DNA of 64,000 nucleotides from a virus (IMGVR_UViG_3300036851_000272:4422-68421); one strand, 5' to 3'. Shown: positions 28,036-37,677, counted from the first letter of the stretch. Numbers and translations are program-made. The notes: generated by a model from the letters alone, not told the origin.

Positions 28036-28218
28036 ATGGTGGAAGCACTTCAGGAACGTTTCAATAAAGACGTCGCCGCGAAGCTCGACGCGCGGCGTCT
28101 CACCCGCCAGCTGCCCTGCCGGTCGCTCCAGTGCCCCGTGTGCGGCTGCTATTACGTGCCGGATGCGGATTCAGCTTCGGGTATCTGCGGTTTCTGCGCG
28201 GTTTCGCTGGTGGCTTGA
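28036..28218 (+). CDS. Small Zn-finger protein, probably leaderless
   Basis: CPVC and CGFC; ATG 6 nt after extended -10. Confidence 0.45.
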   Translation: MVEALQERFNKDVAAKLDARRLTRQLPCRSLQCPVCGCYYVPDADSASGICGFCAVSLVA

Positions 28219-28433
28219 TCTTCGGCTGCTGCCAGAGCTTCTAAAATCTTCATGTCGGCTTCGCTGTAGATCTCGACGTAGAACCCGTGGCGTAAATAGC
28301 GGCGAAAAATTGGTTGAATCATTCCGCATCCTGTGAACCTCTTCCAGAACATCCATGCATACGCGGCGAGCCCAGGCACTAATGCCAAGACCGGCGTCCA
28401 CTAGGGAACTTGCAATTCAAAGAAACTCCGCAT
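28152..28433 (-). pseudogene. Small membrane protein gene with in-frame TAG at codon 11
   Basis: TGATG-coupled start, MRSFFELQVP*WTPVLALVPGLAAYAWMFW... Confidence 0.45.
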
Positions 28434-28727
28434 CACTTAAACCTCTCTTTATGCTCCCTAATTGTTCGACACGTCGCATCCAGCGCCCGCACTTCCTCCG
28501 GGCTCATCAGCTTCAGCCGCGGGAAATGCGAATACGGCATCTCTGCCGGGATCGGCACGCAGAGCACTTGCCCGCCAGGATTCACTCCATGGCGATGCGC
28601 CTCAACCACGGCTTCCTCAAGACTCCCTCAAGACTCCCTCAAGACTCCCAACGTTCGGAACGATGCAAACGCCGCGGCATTTATCCGTTGTCTCATCAGC
28701 GAAAGAAAGCCACCAGTCTTGCTTCAC
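28433..28727 (-). pseudogene. Gene disrupted by expansion of an 11-bp tandem repeat
   Basis: Removing two CCTCAAGACTC units restores MKQDWWLSFAD...VGSLEEAVVEAHRHGVNPGGQV...KERFK, coupled at both ends. Confidence 0.7.
28615..28649. repeat. Tandem repeat (CCTCAAGACTC)x3
   Basis: Read directly. Confidence 0.95.
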
Positions 28728-29551
28728 TTGAACCTCTTGTCGAACTCCGCCAGCGCCGCGTCCGCAAACTCGGCGCACCTGGAATTACAAATATGGACAG
28801 TATCGCCGGGTACTCGCTCCCAATCCACGCCTACGAACACCTCCCGCCAGAACGCGCGCCGCTCATGCTCCATCATTGACGCATGCCCCGTTGCTTCACA
28901 AGCTGGCAGCCCCGAGAGCCCCTCCATAGCCGCACCAGCAAGCCCCGTCGCCGTTCGCCCTGTTGCATCCGCGAGAGGCCCTGCGTACCGCACTCGCTTT
29001 CCGCAGGCTTCGCAGGTGTCGGTTTCCCCAGCCTGCGTCTCTGGGCAGCGGCACCACTCAATCCCGGTCGCCGTACGCGGCTGGAAACTAGGAACGCGCC
29101 GAAACGCTTCCGCCAAATTCATCCGATCTTCAGTATTACCGTACAACACGCCGCTCGCTGTCCCCGGCAATTTCTCCATCTCTACCACCGCTTCCCTAAA
29201 GTTCAAATCACCTTCCCTGTACGCGTTTAGTATCCCGCCAGGTGTGTGCTGAAAACCAATCTTCAGCCCTGCCGGCTTGTTCCTCAGCAACTCTAATCCC
29301 TCGGCCACCTGAGCGATTACGTCGCCCCAGTCTACTTCCGCAGTCCCGCGCGGCTTGCTAAGCTCTACAACCCCACAGCAATTAAAGCAAATTCTCGATC
29401 CATCATTGGATGGTGGACTGGGATTCCGATAACCGCATTCACACCACTTCCCCGTCGAGAGCGGATGCCCTATCTTTACCTGAACCTTTTCTTCGGCAAC
29501 CTCTGTAGCGGCCTCCGCCAGTGCCTGATCCGCATTCCTTAAATAACTCAC
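28724..29551 (-). CDS. Mosaic hypothetical protein with Cys pairs
   Basis: AGGAGG RBS; TPGGILNAYREG motif shared with 45014 ORF. Confidence 0.65.
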   Translation of the reverse strand: MSYLRNADQALAEAATEVAEEKVQVKIGHPLSTGKWCECGYRNPSPPSNDGSRICFNCCGVVELSKPRGTAEVDWGDVIAQVAEGLELLRNKPAGLKIGFQHTPGGILNAYREGDLNFREAVVEMEKLPGTASGVLYGNTEDRMNLAEAFRRVPSFQPRTATGIEWCRCPETQAGETDTCEACGKRVRYAGPLADATGRTATGLAGAAMEGLSGLPACEATGHASMMEHERRAFWREVFVGVDWERVPGDTVHICNSRCAEFADAALAEFDKRFK

Positions 29552-30133
29552 AGTTCCCTCCTTTTTTACTTCATCAAGAGCGAGCCGTCAGCGAGCGTCC
29601 CCGCGCTTTGCGAAGCCTCCAACAGGCCAGCAAAACACAACATACCACCCTCCTACCTCCAACCGCAGTCCATTGACACAGTGCCTCGACAACTTCAACG
29701 CATCCCCCACTCCAGAGCTGCTCCACGCCCAGTGGAACCCCATCACATCCAAACTTCGCCAAGTCCTCTGATCCGGCAACGCTACTCGCCTGTATTGCAT
29801 GCTCCCAGTCTAATCCCGATCACACCAATACCAAAACCCTGCATCATTCGCCTTCACATTTGCATATTACGCAACCGCTTCGACACGTTTGAATTTTACA
29901 ATCGCTACACTTGGAGGGTACCTAAATTCGCAGGTACCCCCCTCCCTCGGCGCGGGGGTGGGGTAGCGAAGGCCGGCATACCCGGGGGCTGACTCGCGAG
30001 AAGGCACATTATCACGAGCATGAATTGCTCACATACACTAGCTACCAGTGGTAGCAGGTGTACTCTGTAAGTGCAACAAAACACACCACATGCGCGTAAG
30101 CTGAACTAACTACAAAAATGGTAATAGGCAATT

Positions 30134-30388
30134 TTAAGCTGCTTTTGCTGTGTTCTGCTGTGAAGGCTTGAAACCGCAACGTTCAGGTATAACAGGGGTG
30201 CCGGTGTAGATGGGCATCAGTTCTGAGAGGCGAACACGAATACAGCCAGTACGACCGTAGGCTTGGATAACACCTAGTTTTATCCAACGATAGATGGTCT
30301 CACGGCGGATCGAGCAAAAACGGCAAGCTTCCTTGACAGACATGAAGCGGTCGACAACGGGATTGGGCTTAGCGGCAGGCTTAGCCAT
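30134..30388 (-). CDS. Excisionase/MerR-like HTH protein
   Basis: FMSVKEACRFCSIRRETIYRWIKLG.I.AYG...IRVRLSEL. Confidence 0.75.
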   Translation of the reverse strand: MAKPAAKPNPVVDRFMSVKEACRFCSIRRETIYRWIKLGVIQAYGRTGCIRVRLSELMPIYTGTPVIPERCGFKPSQQNTAKAA

Positions 30389-30656
30389 TTCAGCCCAATT
30401 GTACAGCGAATCTGTCAACGTGTGCAAATTTGAGGCTACTGGAGCGATTGCGAACGTGCGGGATAGCGGAGCAAGGCGCGATGCGGTTTGAAGCGCTGGC
30501 GGCCATGCGGTTGGGCGGCAGCGGGCAAATGTGGGAGTTTGTGGGAGCGGGTGTGTGGAAGTTTAAGCAGGGAAGCTTGGGCTGGTTCGGAGGAATGTAA
30601 GCGGGCAAGCTTCCCTGTGGTATGGCCCAAGGTGGCCTACAGTATAACGGCAAAAC

Positions 30657-30968
30657 GTGAATGTGGGAAAATGTTTTATTGTGGAGCTGATCCGGAGAGA
30701 CGGAACGCGATTGCAGATCTGCCGTGAGCATCGGGAGACGTACCAGGGGAAGGTGTGTCCGAAGTGTAAAGCCGTGAAGGAGCAGGCACGGTTAGATCAC
30801 ATCAAGACCATGAAGCGGCACGGGTACGTTAAGGTGGGCCGTAAATGGGAACTTGGGCCGCCGAGGGCGAACAATCCGCATACGTGGAGAGAGAAGGAGT
30901 GGGCAGAGGCGCGGGAGAATGCTCACAGGTATGGGATTTTCGCGCCTGGGGTGATTCGTGAAGCGTAA
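30657..30968 (+). CDS. Hypothetical protein
   Basis: C..H...CPKC; overlaps next gene. Confidence 0.5.
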   Translation: MNVGKCFIVELIRRDGTRLQICREHRETYQGKVCPKCKAVKEQARLDHIKTMKRHGYVKVGRKWELGPPRANNPHTWREKEWAEARENAHRYGIFAPGVIREA

Positions 30969-31440
30969 AACTCTCAATACTCTCTTCGTGGAACATGTCT
31001 GTGTTCCACTTAGTGGAAACACTTGGCGTTCCACTTGGTATGGGATGCTGCCAGCTTGCGTGCTCATGGACGGCCGGCTGAAGTGGATCGACAGGACCGT
31101 TTTCGGGATGATTGCGCTAGGCGTGCCGAAGAATAAGCACAAGTACGATCCTGTGATGGTTGGGGCTCGATGGATAGGTAAAGCCCTTGGAATTTCTCAC
31201 ACTACGGTGAATCGGTCGATACGGCGCCTGATTAAGTTCGGGCATTTGACTAGGACCGGAGTGAGGGGACAGAGGACGACGTACGAGTTCACGTCTTGGG
31301 TGTTTCGGGAAGTGGATCGCCGGGGAGATGGGGAAATTCGCGTAACTGGAGCATCAGGTGTTCCACTTAACGTGGGTATAGTTCCTGACAGCGTCGCTCC
31401 TGTGAAGCGAGTCCCAAAGAAGCGGGCGTGTACTGGCTGA
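30958..31440 (+). CDS. Winged-HTH DNA-binding protein
   Basis: ARWIGKALGISHTTVNRSIRRLIKFGHL. Confidence 0.75.
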   Translation: MKRKTLNTLFVEHVCVPLSGNTWRSTWYGMLPACVLMDGRLKWIDRTVFGMIALGVPKNKHKYDPVMVGARWIGKALGISHTTVNRSIRRLIKFGHLTRTGVRGQRTTYEFTSWVFREVDRRGDGEIRVTGASGVPLNVGIVPDSVAPVKRVPKKRACTG

Positions 31441-31529
31441 GAGCACGTGGCAGCGGTTCAACGAGGCGGAGCGATGGGCGGCGTTAGCACTCAGCCCTTA
31501 ATCGGGCCTGTACTAACCGCTCCTTCGGC

Positions 31530-31817
31530 TCAGTCGCCACTGACTTCATAGAAGTACGCGACCTTTGGATTATTGTCTTTGATTCCAACTGCTTCCAGCC
31601 TTGCTGAATACTCAGACCTGCTGAGTGGCCTGATGATTGTCAGAACTATTGACGAATTGCAATCTTTTAGGATGAGAATGGACGAGACAGGGAGGAAGTG
31701 GTCCAGTGCGATCGCGGGATTCAAGCCAGCTGCTGCATAAGCTTGTCCCAATTCTTCAAGCGACGTGTAAGCGTCAATCCAGTTCAGCCATTCAGTAATC
31801 GGTGGCAATGCTGTCAT
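31530..31817 (-). CDS. Hypothetical protein
   Basis: ATGA-coupled to upstream gene. Confidence 0.5.
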   Translation of the reverse strand: MTALPPITEWLNWIDAYTSLEELGQAYAAAGLNPAIALDHFLPVSSILILKDCNSSIVLTIIRPLSRSEYSARLEAVGIKDNNPKVAYFYEVSGD

Positions 31818-32134
31818 GTCACTTCGGCTCCTTCAACCTTAAACTTGCCACAGTAGCACTCGGTCGCGTCCTTGCCGATCCAGTAGTGCTGTGGAGGATC
31901 GCATTGGGGATTGGTGACGGCTGGAGGCGTGTGTGATACGGTCGGCGTCATACCATGCCACTCTGGTTCCTTCGGCTTGTCCAACATCTCGCGGAGCATG
32001 AGGGCGATGGCGAGGTTGGACTTAGCGATAGAGCGAAGCTGGTGCCAGTTCTGAAAGAATCCCCAAACATCGTTGAGTCTCTCTGTAGACCCTGCGATCA
32101 GCTCATCCACTTGGCGACGCTGTTCGTCTGTCAT
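31814..32134 (-). CDS. Hypothetical protein
   Basis: ATGA-coupled. Confidence 0.55.
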   Translation of the reverse strand: MTDEQRRQVDELIAGSTERLNDVWGFFQNWHQLRSIAKSNLAIALMLREMLDKPKEPEWHGMTPTVSHTPPAVTNPQCDPPQHYWIGKDATECYCGKFKVEGAEVT

Positions 32135-32341
32135 GGCTTTTTAATGGTCTCCCACATTTCGCGGGCTATCTGGTGAGCATCCAGGTACGCAAGGGTGATG
32201 TTGCGCCTTGCTAGGATTATAATCAACAGATTAGCGATATCGTCCTGCTTTTGGTTAGTGTTCATAAGCTCTCCATCCTGCACGCGCGCTTGTGAACGAT
32301 CATCTCGCGCTGCCCGTACAGTCCTCCACAGTAAGGGCATA

Positions 32342-32656
32342 TCACCATACTGTGGCCTCACGACCAAAGAGATTAAGCGCGGCTATGTCTGCTCCTAATT
32401 CAGTAGACCAGCGATAATATTCACCAATGAACTCATGGCTAGTCCTAAGTTTCGCATGGAGTTCATGCTCGAATAGCCGATCCCTGTTCAGGTACCCGAA
32501 TATTTCCGTACCGCCCTGTAGTTCCTCCCATGGAGGCATTTTGGTAGTTCGGTAAGGATAAGCCTTTCTTGACGCAGCCAACACGCCGATACGCTTCTTG
32601 GGACAAACACTACAGCCGATCTTGACCCAATGTCCAAACCGCACAGCGTATATCAC
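32342..32656 (-). CDS. GIY-YIG / T5orf172-like protein
   Basis: IYAV...VKIGCS..P.KR...E.ELH......GEYY. Confidence 0.7.
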   Translation of the reverse strand: MIYAVRFGHWVKIGCSVCPKKRIGVLAASRKAYPYRTTKMPPWEELQGGTEIFGYLNRDRLFEHELHAKLRTSHEFIGEYYRWSTELGADIAALNLFGREATVW

Positions 32657-32838
32657 TTGTCCTCCTTCGGCCGGCCGCTGCCCGCGCGGGCTCCGCCAAC
32701 CACAAGCGGCTCGAGTCCGACCGCTTTGCGCAAGTAGCCAGGTGCGCTCAGTTTTTCCGCATTCGCAAGCGCAAGAATCGCTTTTTTCTCACTTTTTGAG
32801 ACTAGCACTCGAATTACTTCTCGTTTAGTTTCAACCAT
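32653..32838 (-). CDS. Ribbon-helix-helix regulator
   Basis: VIRVLVSKSEKKAILALANAEKLS...YLR plus GGARAGSGRPK; divergent from early promoter. Confidence 0.6.
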   Translation of the reverse strand: MVETKREVIRVLVSKSEKKAILALANAEKLSAPGYLRKAVGLEPLVVGGARAGSGRPKEDK

Positions 32839-32884
32839 TTGAAGCCATTTTACCACACAATTCACAAATCGCGCAAGATTTTTG

Positions 32885-32912
32885 TTGACATGAGAATCAA
32901 ACGTGCTATGCT
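32885..32912 (+). promoter_or_regulatory. Sigma70-type early promoter
   Basis: TTGACA-N16-TATGCT with extended -10 TG. Confidence 0.7.
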
Positions 32913-33015
32913 GGTTTTGCGGACGGAAACGGAAAAGCAAACCGGACGCAGCCTGGCGAGGAAAAACGCAGAGCGGCGCGAGCCGACAACAATCCACGGC
33001 TGGTCGAGTAGCCGT

Positions 33016-33027
33016 TGCTCTTTCACA
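33016..33027 (+). promoter_or_regulatory. boxA-like antitermination element
   Basis: TGCTCTTTCACA, one mismatch to rrn boxA TGCTCTTTAACA, about 100 nt after promoter. Confidence 0.5.
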
Positions 33028-33102
33028 ATCGAGTGGCTTCCGGGAATGCAGGCCGGGACGGCCCTGAGACGTCGGCTGGAAACCGGAGGGGAGAGAGTGA
33101 AA

Positions 33103-33156
33103 TGGGGTACTTTGGGATACTTTTTACCCCAAAGTATCCCAAAACCGAGTACCCCA
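33103..33156. repeat. Long imperfect inverted repeat built of TA(C/T)CCCA units
   Basis: TGGGGTACTTTGGGATACTTT...AAAGTATCCCAAAACCGAGTACCCCA. Confidence 0.85.
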
Positions 33157-33280
33157 AAATTGACAAACGCATGGGCGCTGAGTGACACGGCGTTCATGCT
33201 TCCCCGAATCGAAGGCGCTTCGGAGGGACGCTCCCGCATTTACCCCGAATCGAAGGGGACTGATCGATAGAAAGGAAAAT

Positions 33281-33490
33281 ATGACAGACGAACAACACGA
33301 AACGCTGGAGACTTTGAAATACACCGGATCGACGACGGTTCGCGTGTATGGAGACGGAAGCTGGCTCAGTCCGGCGGATGCCACGCGGACACAGAGCGAC
33401 GATGGGTCTGTCGTCGCGGTCTGGACTGGACGAAAATACAAGGTCCGGGCGTGGACCTTGCGGAATTTCTATCGTCGGGAGGTCAAGTAA
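33281..33490 (+). CDS. Early small hypothetical protein
   Basis: Repeat-borne RBS then MTDEQHET. Confidence 0.65.
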   Translation: MTDEQHETLETLKYTGSTTVRVYGDGSWLSPADATRTQSDDGSVVAVWTGRKYKVRAWTLRNFYRREVK

Positions 33491-33772
33491 ATGAAATCCG
33501 GACAGGATAAAATGCTCCACTTGAACGAAACCGGGTTGTTCCAGGTCGCGATGCGAAAGGCCCGGTACGGCCATCGAGATTGGATAGTTTGGCGTGACAG
33601 GTCCGGCGTCCAGTACGCAGATGTCAAATCCTTGGAATCTGTAAAACGTTGCTTGTTGGACGTTGGCACCAAAGGCAACTGGTCGCTGGTGTGTTCGGGT
33701 GGTACCCCAATGAAGGGGTTCTGGTGGCTCGGAATCAACCTGCTTGCGCAAATGAAGCGAGGAATGTATTAA
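33491..33772 (+). CDS. Early small hypothetical protein
   Basis: GGAGG RBS, abuts neighbours. Confidence 0.65.
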   Translation: MKSGQDKMLHLNETGLFQVAMRKARYGHRDWIVWRDRSGVQYADVKSLESVKRCLLDVGTKGNWSLVCSGGTPMKGFWWLGINLLAQMKRGMY

Positions 33773-34075
33773 ATGAGCACTTCCAAGCGCAAGCCACACG
33801 CGGATTTCGCCGGATACGTTGCCGAACTCCGCAACCCCTATAGCGGCGGTCACACTATAATCTTGGACTGCAAGCGCGCGGCGGACGAAGGAACGCCACT
33901 GGTGGAGGACTATAAGCTGGAAGGTGGCCGGTATCAGACGCTTTGCAACGAGCATGCTTTCATCAATCACTCCACCAATATGCAAACAGCACGCGAGTGT
34001 ATGAAAGATCCCACAACGTTCTGTTCGGAGTGCCGCATCCTTGCTGGCGAAGCAACCCGCGAGAGCGAAGAGTGA
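33773..34075 (+). CDS. Early small protein with C..H / C..C motifs
   Basis: GRYQTLCNEH...P..FCSEC. Confidence 0.7.
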   Translation: MSTSKRKPHADFAGYVAELRNPYSGGHTIILDCKRAADEGTPLVEDYKLEGGRYQTLCNEHAFINHSTNMQTARECMKDPTTFCSECRILAGEATRESEE

Positions 34076-34154
34076 AATACTGACCGACACCGATTAGCGC
34101 GGGTAGGCCCGCGCTCCCCAATACGAAGGGGACTGATCGATAGAAAGGATTTTT

Positions 34155-34448
34155 ATGAATCAAATAGCAGAGGCAATCAAGCTCACCAACGACCCGCAGA
34201 ACGACCCCATCTATCAAGGTGCTCGGGACTGGAATGTGGAAATACTCTACGAAGAGCTGCCGTCCTTGCGCTTCATGTTGCGCGGCGGGTACATCCCGGA
34301 AGCGCCATCCTTTGATCTCATCGCGCAATTGCGCAGACAGGTGGAACAATACGGCGTGCCGGTGCACCCGGATTGCTCAGTGCGAGTTGGGGTTGGCGGG
34401 TATTTTAGGCTGGATAATGGAAGCGAAATACTTATCGACACCGATTAA
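34155..34448 (+). CDS. Early small hypothetical protein
   Basis: Between two repeat copies. Confidence 0.65.
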   Translation: MNQIAEAIKLTNDPQNDPIYQGARDWNVEILYEELPSLRFMLRGGYIPEAPSFDLIAQLRRQVEQYGVPVHPDCSVRVGVGGYFRLDNGSEILIDTD

Positions 34449-34506
34449 AAGCCCGATAGCGCTCCCCGAATCGAAGGGGACTGATCGCAAAAGGAGAAAC
34501 ACTACT

Positions 34507-34713
34507 ATGGCACTGAAAGAAATCGGACAGGCACAATACGTGGCCGGCCCATCAAAAACATTCCGCTCGGAGGGATCTGGCTACTGGAAATGGTCGAGTG
34601 GCGAACTAGTGCCAACGACCAACGGTGGAGGTCACATCGAACAAATACCCGGCGCTAAGGCGCTGGTCTTTGTCAATCGCGACAATGGCAAAGTGTACGT
34701 GCAGGAGGATTGA
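34507..34713 (+). CDS. Early small hypothetical protein
   Basis: AAGGAG RBS in repeat, MALKEIGQAQ. Confidence 0.6.
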   Translation: MALKEIGQAQYVAGPSKTFRSEGSGYWKWSSGELVPTTNGGGHIEQIPGAKALVFVNRDNGKVYVQED

Positions 34714-34741
34714 GCCGCTACTGCGGCAGGAGAAATCGGCT

Positions 34742-35179
34742 ATGCCGGGCAAAAGCGCTACTTCCGCCATTCACACACGCCGACAGGGATCGCTCAGATC
34801 CGACTCAGCGCCGCGCTACGGCGTGTTCGACCGCGATCCCCGCCCGGTGTTCGCCTACGCGTTGCACTGTGCGTTTCGCCGCTACCAGTGGCTCTACGAC
34901 GTGGCGGGATGGAAGGATTTTAAGCAGCAGGTGTCGATGGCCTGCTGCGGGCAGAGCACCGAGACACGCGGCGACAGGTATCGCCTTTCTCGCGCCGTGG
35001 ATCGCGCCTGCTACGCGATGGCGCGGGATTGGGGATTCTGCCGCCCCTCAGCAGGTTTGAGGAGAGGTAGAACGGGTCACTGGAAACTGGTGGCCGATGA
35101 GTTGGTGGACCGATATTTTCAAGGAGAAGAAAAATGCAACACTTTATCGGCCGATGGGCCGTCGATCATGGCATGCTGA
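34742..35179 (+). CDS. Hypothetical protein
   Basis: AGGAG RBS, MPGKSATS. Confidence 0.5.
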   Translation: MPGKSATSAIHTRRQGSLRSDSAPRYGVFDRDPRPVFAYALHCAFRRYQWLYDVAGWKDFKQQVSMACCGQSTETRGDRYRLSRAVDRACYAMARDWGFCRPSAGLRRGRTGHWKLVADELVDRYFQGEEKCNTLSADGPSIMAC

Positions 35180-35643
35180 TCGAAGCGGCACCGGGCTCGG
35201 GCAGGTTTTATGTGTTCGACGGTTCTGAAGCCAACACGGGCCAGAACCACGAAGGCCCGATGTTTAAGTTCGCTGCGCAGGCGTGGCGCGAGAAGAACTT
35301 TCAGCCGCATCCTCACGCCGGAGATCCGGTTTTCGTGAAGATCTCGTGGCGAGCCGTCGAGAAACGCGGATGGGCAGCGCACCGCCCAAAGATCGCGCCG
35401 GAGATCCGTGTGTCGCCTCTCAAAAGTGCGTATCTCACGGGCGATCTGGAGCGTCCTCTGGACGACATCATACTCACGACCGAACAGCCCGCGCACAATG
35501 CGTGCATGCGACTCGGCGAATCGCTCTGGTTGGCGCTCGTGATCGATGAACCAGTCGAGAAGTATGAGCCGCTGGATGCAAACGATATCAATCGCCTGCT
35601 GTCGCCAGAGGCGATCTGGAATCCAGCGGTAGGCGAAGCATGA
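35134..35643 (+). CDS. Hypothetical protein
   Basis: AAGGAG RBS; ATGA-coupled to recombinase. Confidence 0.65.
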   Translation: MQHFIGRWAVDHGMLIEAAPGSGRFYVFDGSEANTGQNHEGPMFKFAAQAWREKNFQPHPHAGDPVFVKISWRAVEKRGWAAHRPKIAPEIRVSPLKSAYLTGDLERPLDDIILTTEQPAHNACMRLGESLWLALVIDEPVEKYEPLDANDINRLLSPEAIWNPAVGEA

Positions 35644-36536
35644 CAGCCCTCGCGCCTCTCCCCTCGATCGAAACGCGGCTGATCGCGCTCGTCTGTGATG
35701 CTGTATCAAGCCCAGCCAGCAAGCGCGCGTACAAAGCGTGCCTAGGCACGTTCCTCGGCTTCTGCAAGGCTCAGGGGCACGCGCTCAACCGGGAGGCTGT
35801 CCAGGCCTACCGGAGCCATCTCGAAGCGTTGGGGAAGCGCGGAGCCACGATAAACCAGCATCTGGCGGCCATAAAGGCGTTTGCAAAAGAGGCGAAGTTT
35901 GCCGGAGCCATCACCGCTGAGGAGTTTGAGGGGATTCGCGAGGTGAAATCCATCCCGATCCGCGGCCAACATTGCGGCGTCTGGCTGGACAAAGACCAAA
36001 TGCTCGAGCTGCTCGCGGCGCCGGATCAAGCCACGCTAATCGGCCGGCGCGATTTCGTTCTGTTAAGCATCCTGCTGGGTGCCGGGTTGCGCCGAACGGA
36101 AGCCGTGGGGCTCGCCTGCGATCAGATTCAGACGAGAGACGGCGTGCTCTGCATCGTCAACTGCCTCGGGAAAGGCAAGAGACTGCGTTCCGTGCCCCTC
36201 CCCCGGTTCTGCTGGCAGGCTGTGCGCCAGTGGATAGTGGAGATAGGCGGCAGTGGCCCGCTCCTACGCTCGATTAACCGCTTCGGCGAGATCAACGGAA
36301 GCCTCGACGATGACAGCGTGCGGTATATCGTCGTGGGGTACGCTAAACGCTTGGGGTTCGAAGGGCTTGCGCCGCACAGTTGCCGGAGAAGTTACGCCCA
36401 TGCCTGCCTCAAAGGTGGGGCTGATCTTAACGAAATCCGCCTCGCGCTCGGCCACTCTTCACTGAGCACGACCACCAGATACATGGGCGATGGGCTCAAT
36501 CTGAAGGATTCGATTGCGGAGAAACTGGGGTTGTAG
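35640..36536 (+). CDS. XerC/D-like tyrosine recombinase
   Basis: RD..LL....GLRRTE, GKG.R.R.VP, HSCRRSYA, LGHSSLSTTTRY; no arm-binding N-terminal extension. Confidence 0.92.
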   Translation: MTALAPLPSIETRLIALVCDAVSSPASKRAYKACLGTFLGFCKAQGHALNREAVQAYRSHLEALGKRGATINQHLAAIKAFAKEAKFAGAITAEEFEGIREVKSIPIRGQHCGVWLDKDQMLELLAAPDQATLIGRRDFVLLSILLGAGLRRTEAVGLACDQIQTRDGVLCIVNCLGKGKRLRSVPLPRFCWQAVRQWIVEIGGSGPLLRSINRFGEINGSLDDDSVRYIVVGYAKRLGFEGLAPHSCRRSYAHACLKGGADLNEIRLALGHSSLSTTTRYMGDGLNLKDSIAEKLGL

Positions 36537-37677
36537 CGGAGGCAGATCATGAACGTCTTGCTTTCTCGAATACTATGCCTATGCCGAATCCGCCGAGAAA
36601 TGCGATTATGACCACGAAGACATCGTAATTCATAGCTTCGGCTCCGTTTCTGCCAGGGCTCTCTTTGCGCCGAGGATCGTGTCCAGTAGGCTTAAGGTGC
36701 CGTTCTTATCCAAACCATCAATGATCGCCTTTAGCGCCTTCCTACAAGGATCTTCAGCGATGATCGTACTCAGCGCGTACACCGTCTGCTCCAGCCTCCT
36801 GATGCGCTCCGCTACGTCGCGGGCTTCCAGTTCGCTCATGGGCTCACTATCCTCCATTCGTCTGCGCAATCCCGCTGCAATCTCCTCCGGTTTGGGCCTC
36901 GCGACAACTCCGCTTTGCACGTCCCCTCCATCCCTAGCGGCCCAACAGATTCCCACTGTACGCCGCGGTAGATGATGTAGCGCGGCCAGCCGTGGGCGTC
37001 CACCGCAACATACAGGTCACCGTGCTTTTTCCAGTGCAGTTTAAGTTTCATCGCGTGCCCGCCTTCCCGCCAGTCGTGCCGATGCAGCCCATGGGCTCTA
37101 GCTGGAGTCTCTGTTTCGCCGCATTGTGATATTTCTCCAGCGCTATAGCTTCCTCGGCTCGCATCTCTGCCGTACGCCTCTCGATCACGCCCTCGGCAAG
37201 CCGCTCCACTTGGCTGAACTTGTCCCGAACGTACGCGGAATCCTCAGCGGTCCACATGCGCCCTTCAGCTGAGGCGAGATATTCGTAAAGTGTCGTCAAG
37301 TCGATCATCGCGCCTCCCTGAGTCTCTCGATTTCCTGCCGAAGCACCACTACTGTGCCTTCCAGCGCCTCTACGCGAAGCTGGAGTGTCGCATCAGGCTC
37401 TGGTTCCACCTGGACTACCGCGCGTTGCTGGCACTTCTCCAATGCTTGGCGAATACGCTCATTCTCGCTGTACCGCTGCCGTTCGGCGGCCACCGATTGT
37501 TTCATAGCAGCCCCTGTACGGCATCGCCAGCCGCGCTCATCTTCCCGTCACGTGCTGGCGCCTGAGCGGGAAGCGGCGGCAGGCAGGTGCAGCGCCGCCT
37601 GCATGCATACGGCACGCCGTTGCGAATCACATCAGGCATCGGCTTCCAGCCTGTGCCGTCGCACTCTTGGCATTTTG

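Larger units (their letters stand above)
33202..34495 (+). repeat. Dispersed leader repeat CCCC-N8-GGGG-ACTGATCG-..AAAGGA before start codons
   Basis: Copies at 33243, 34116, 34464 and a partial copy at 33202. Confidence 0.9.

Noticed and set aside
28401-28403. Genome-wide TAG recoding
   Set aside because: TAG ends complete genes normally (e.g. 36536, 56716, 22301)
30100-30135. dif-like site for the XerC-like recombinase (also 36590-36620)
   Set aside because: Match to dif consensus too weak to support
33259-33273. CTGATCGATAGAAA as hammerhead ribozyme core
   Set aside because: Not CUGANGA, no stem II before GAAA, and the third copy lacks GAAA there
33202-34495. Repeats as CRISPR array
   Set aside because: Spacing is hundreds of nt with whole genes between; no cas operon (48004 nuclease is the RecT partner)
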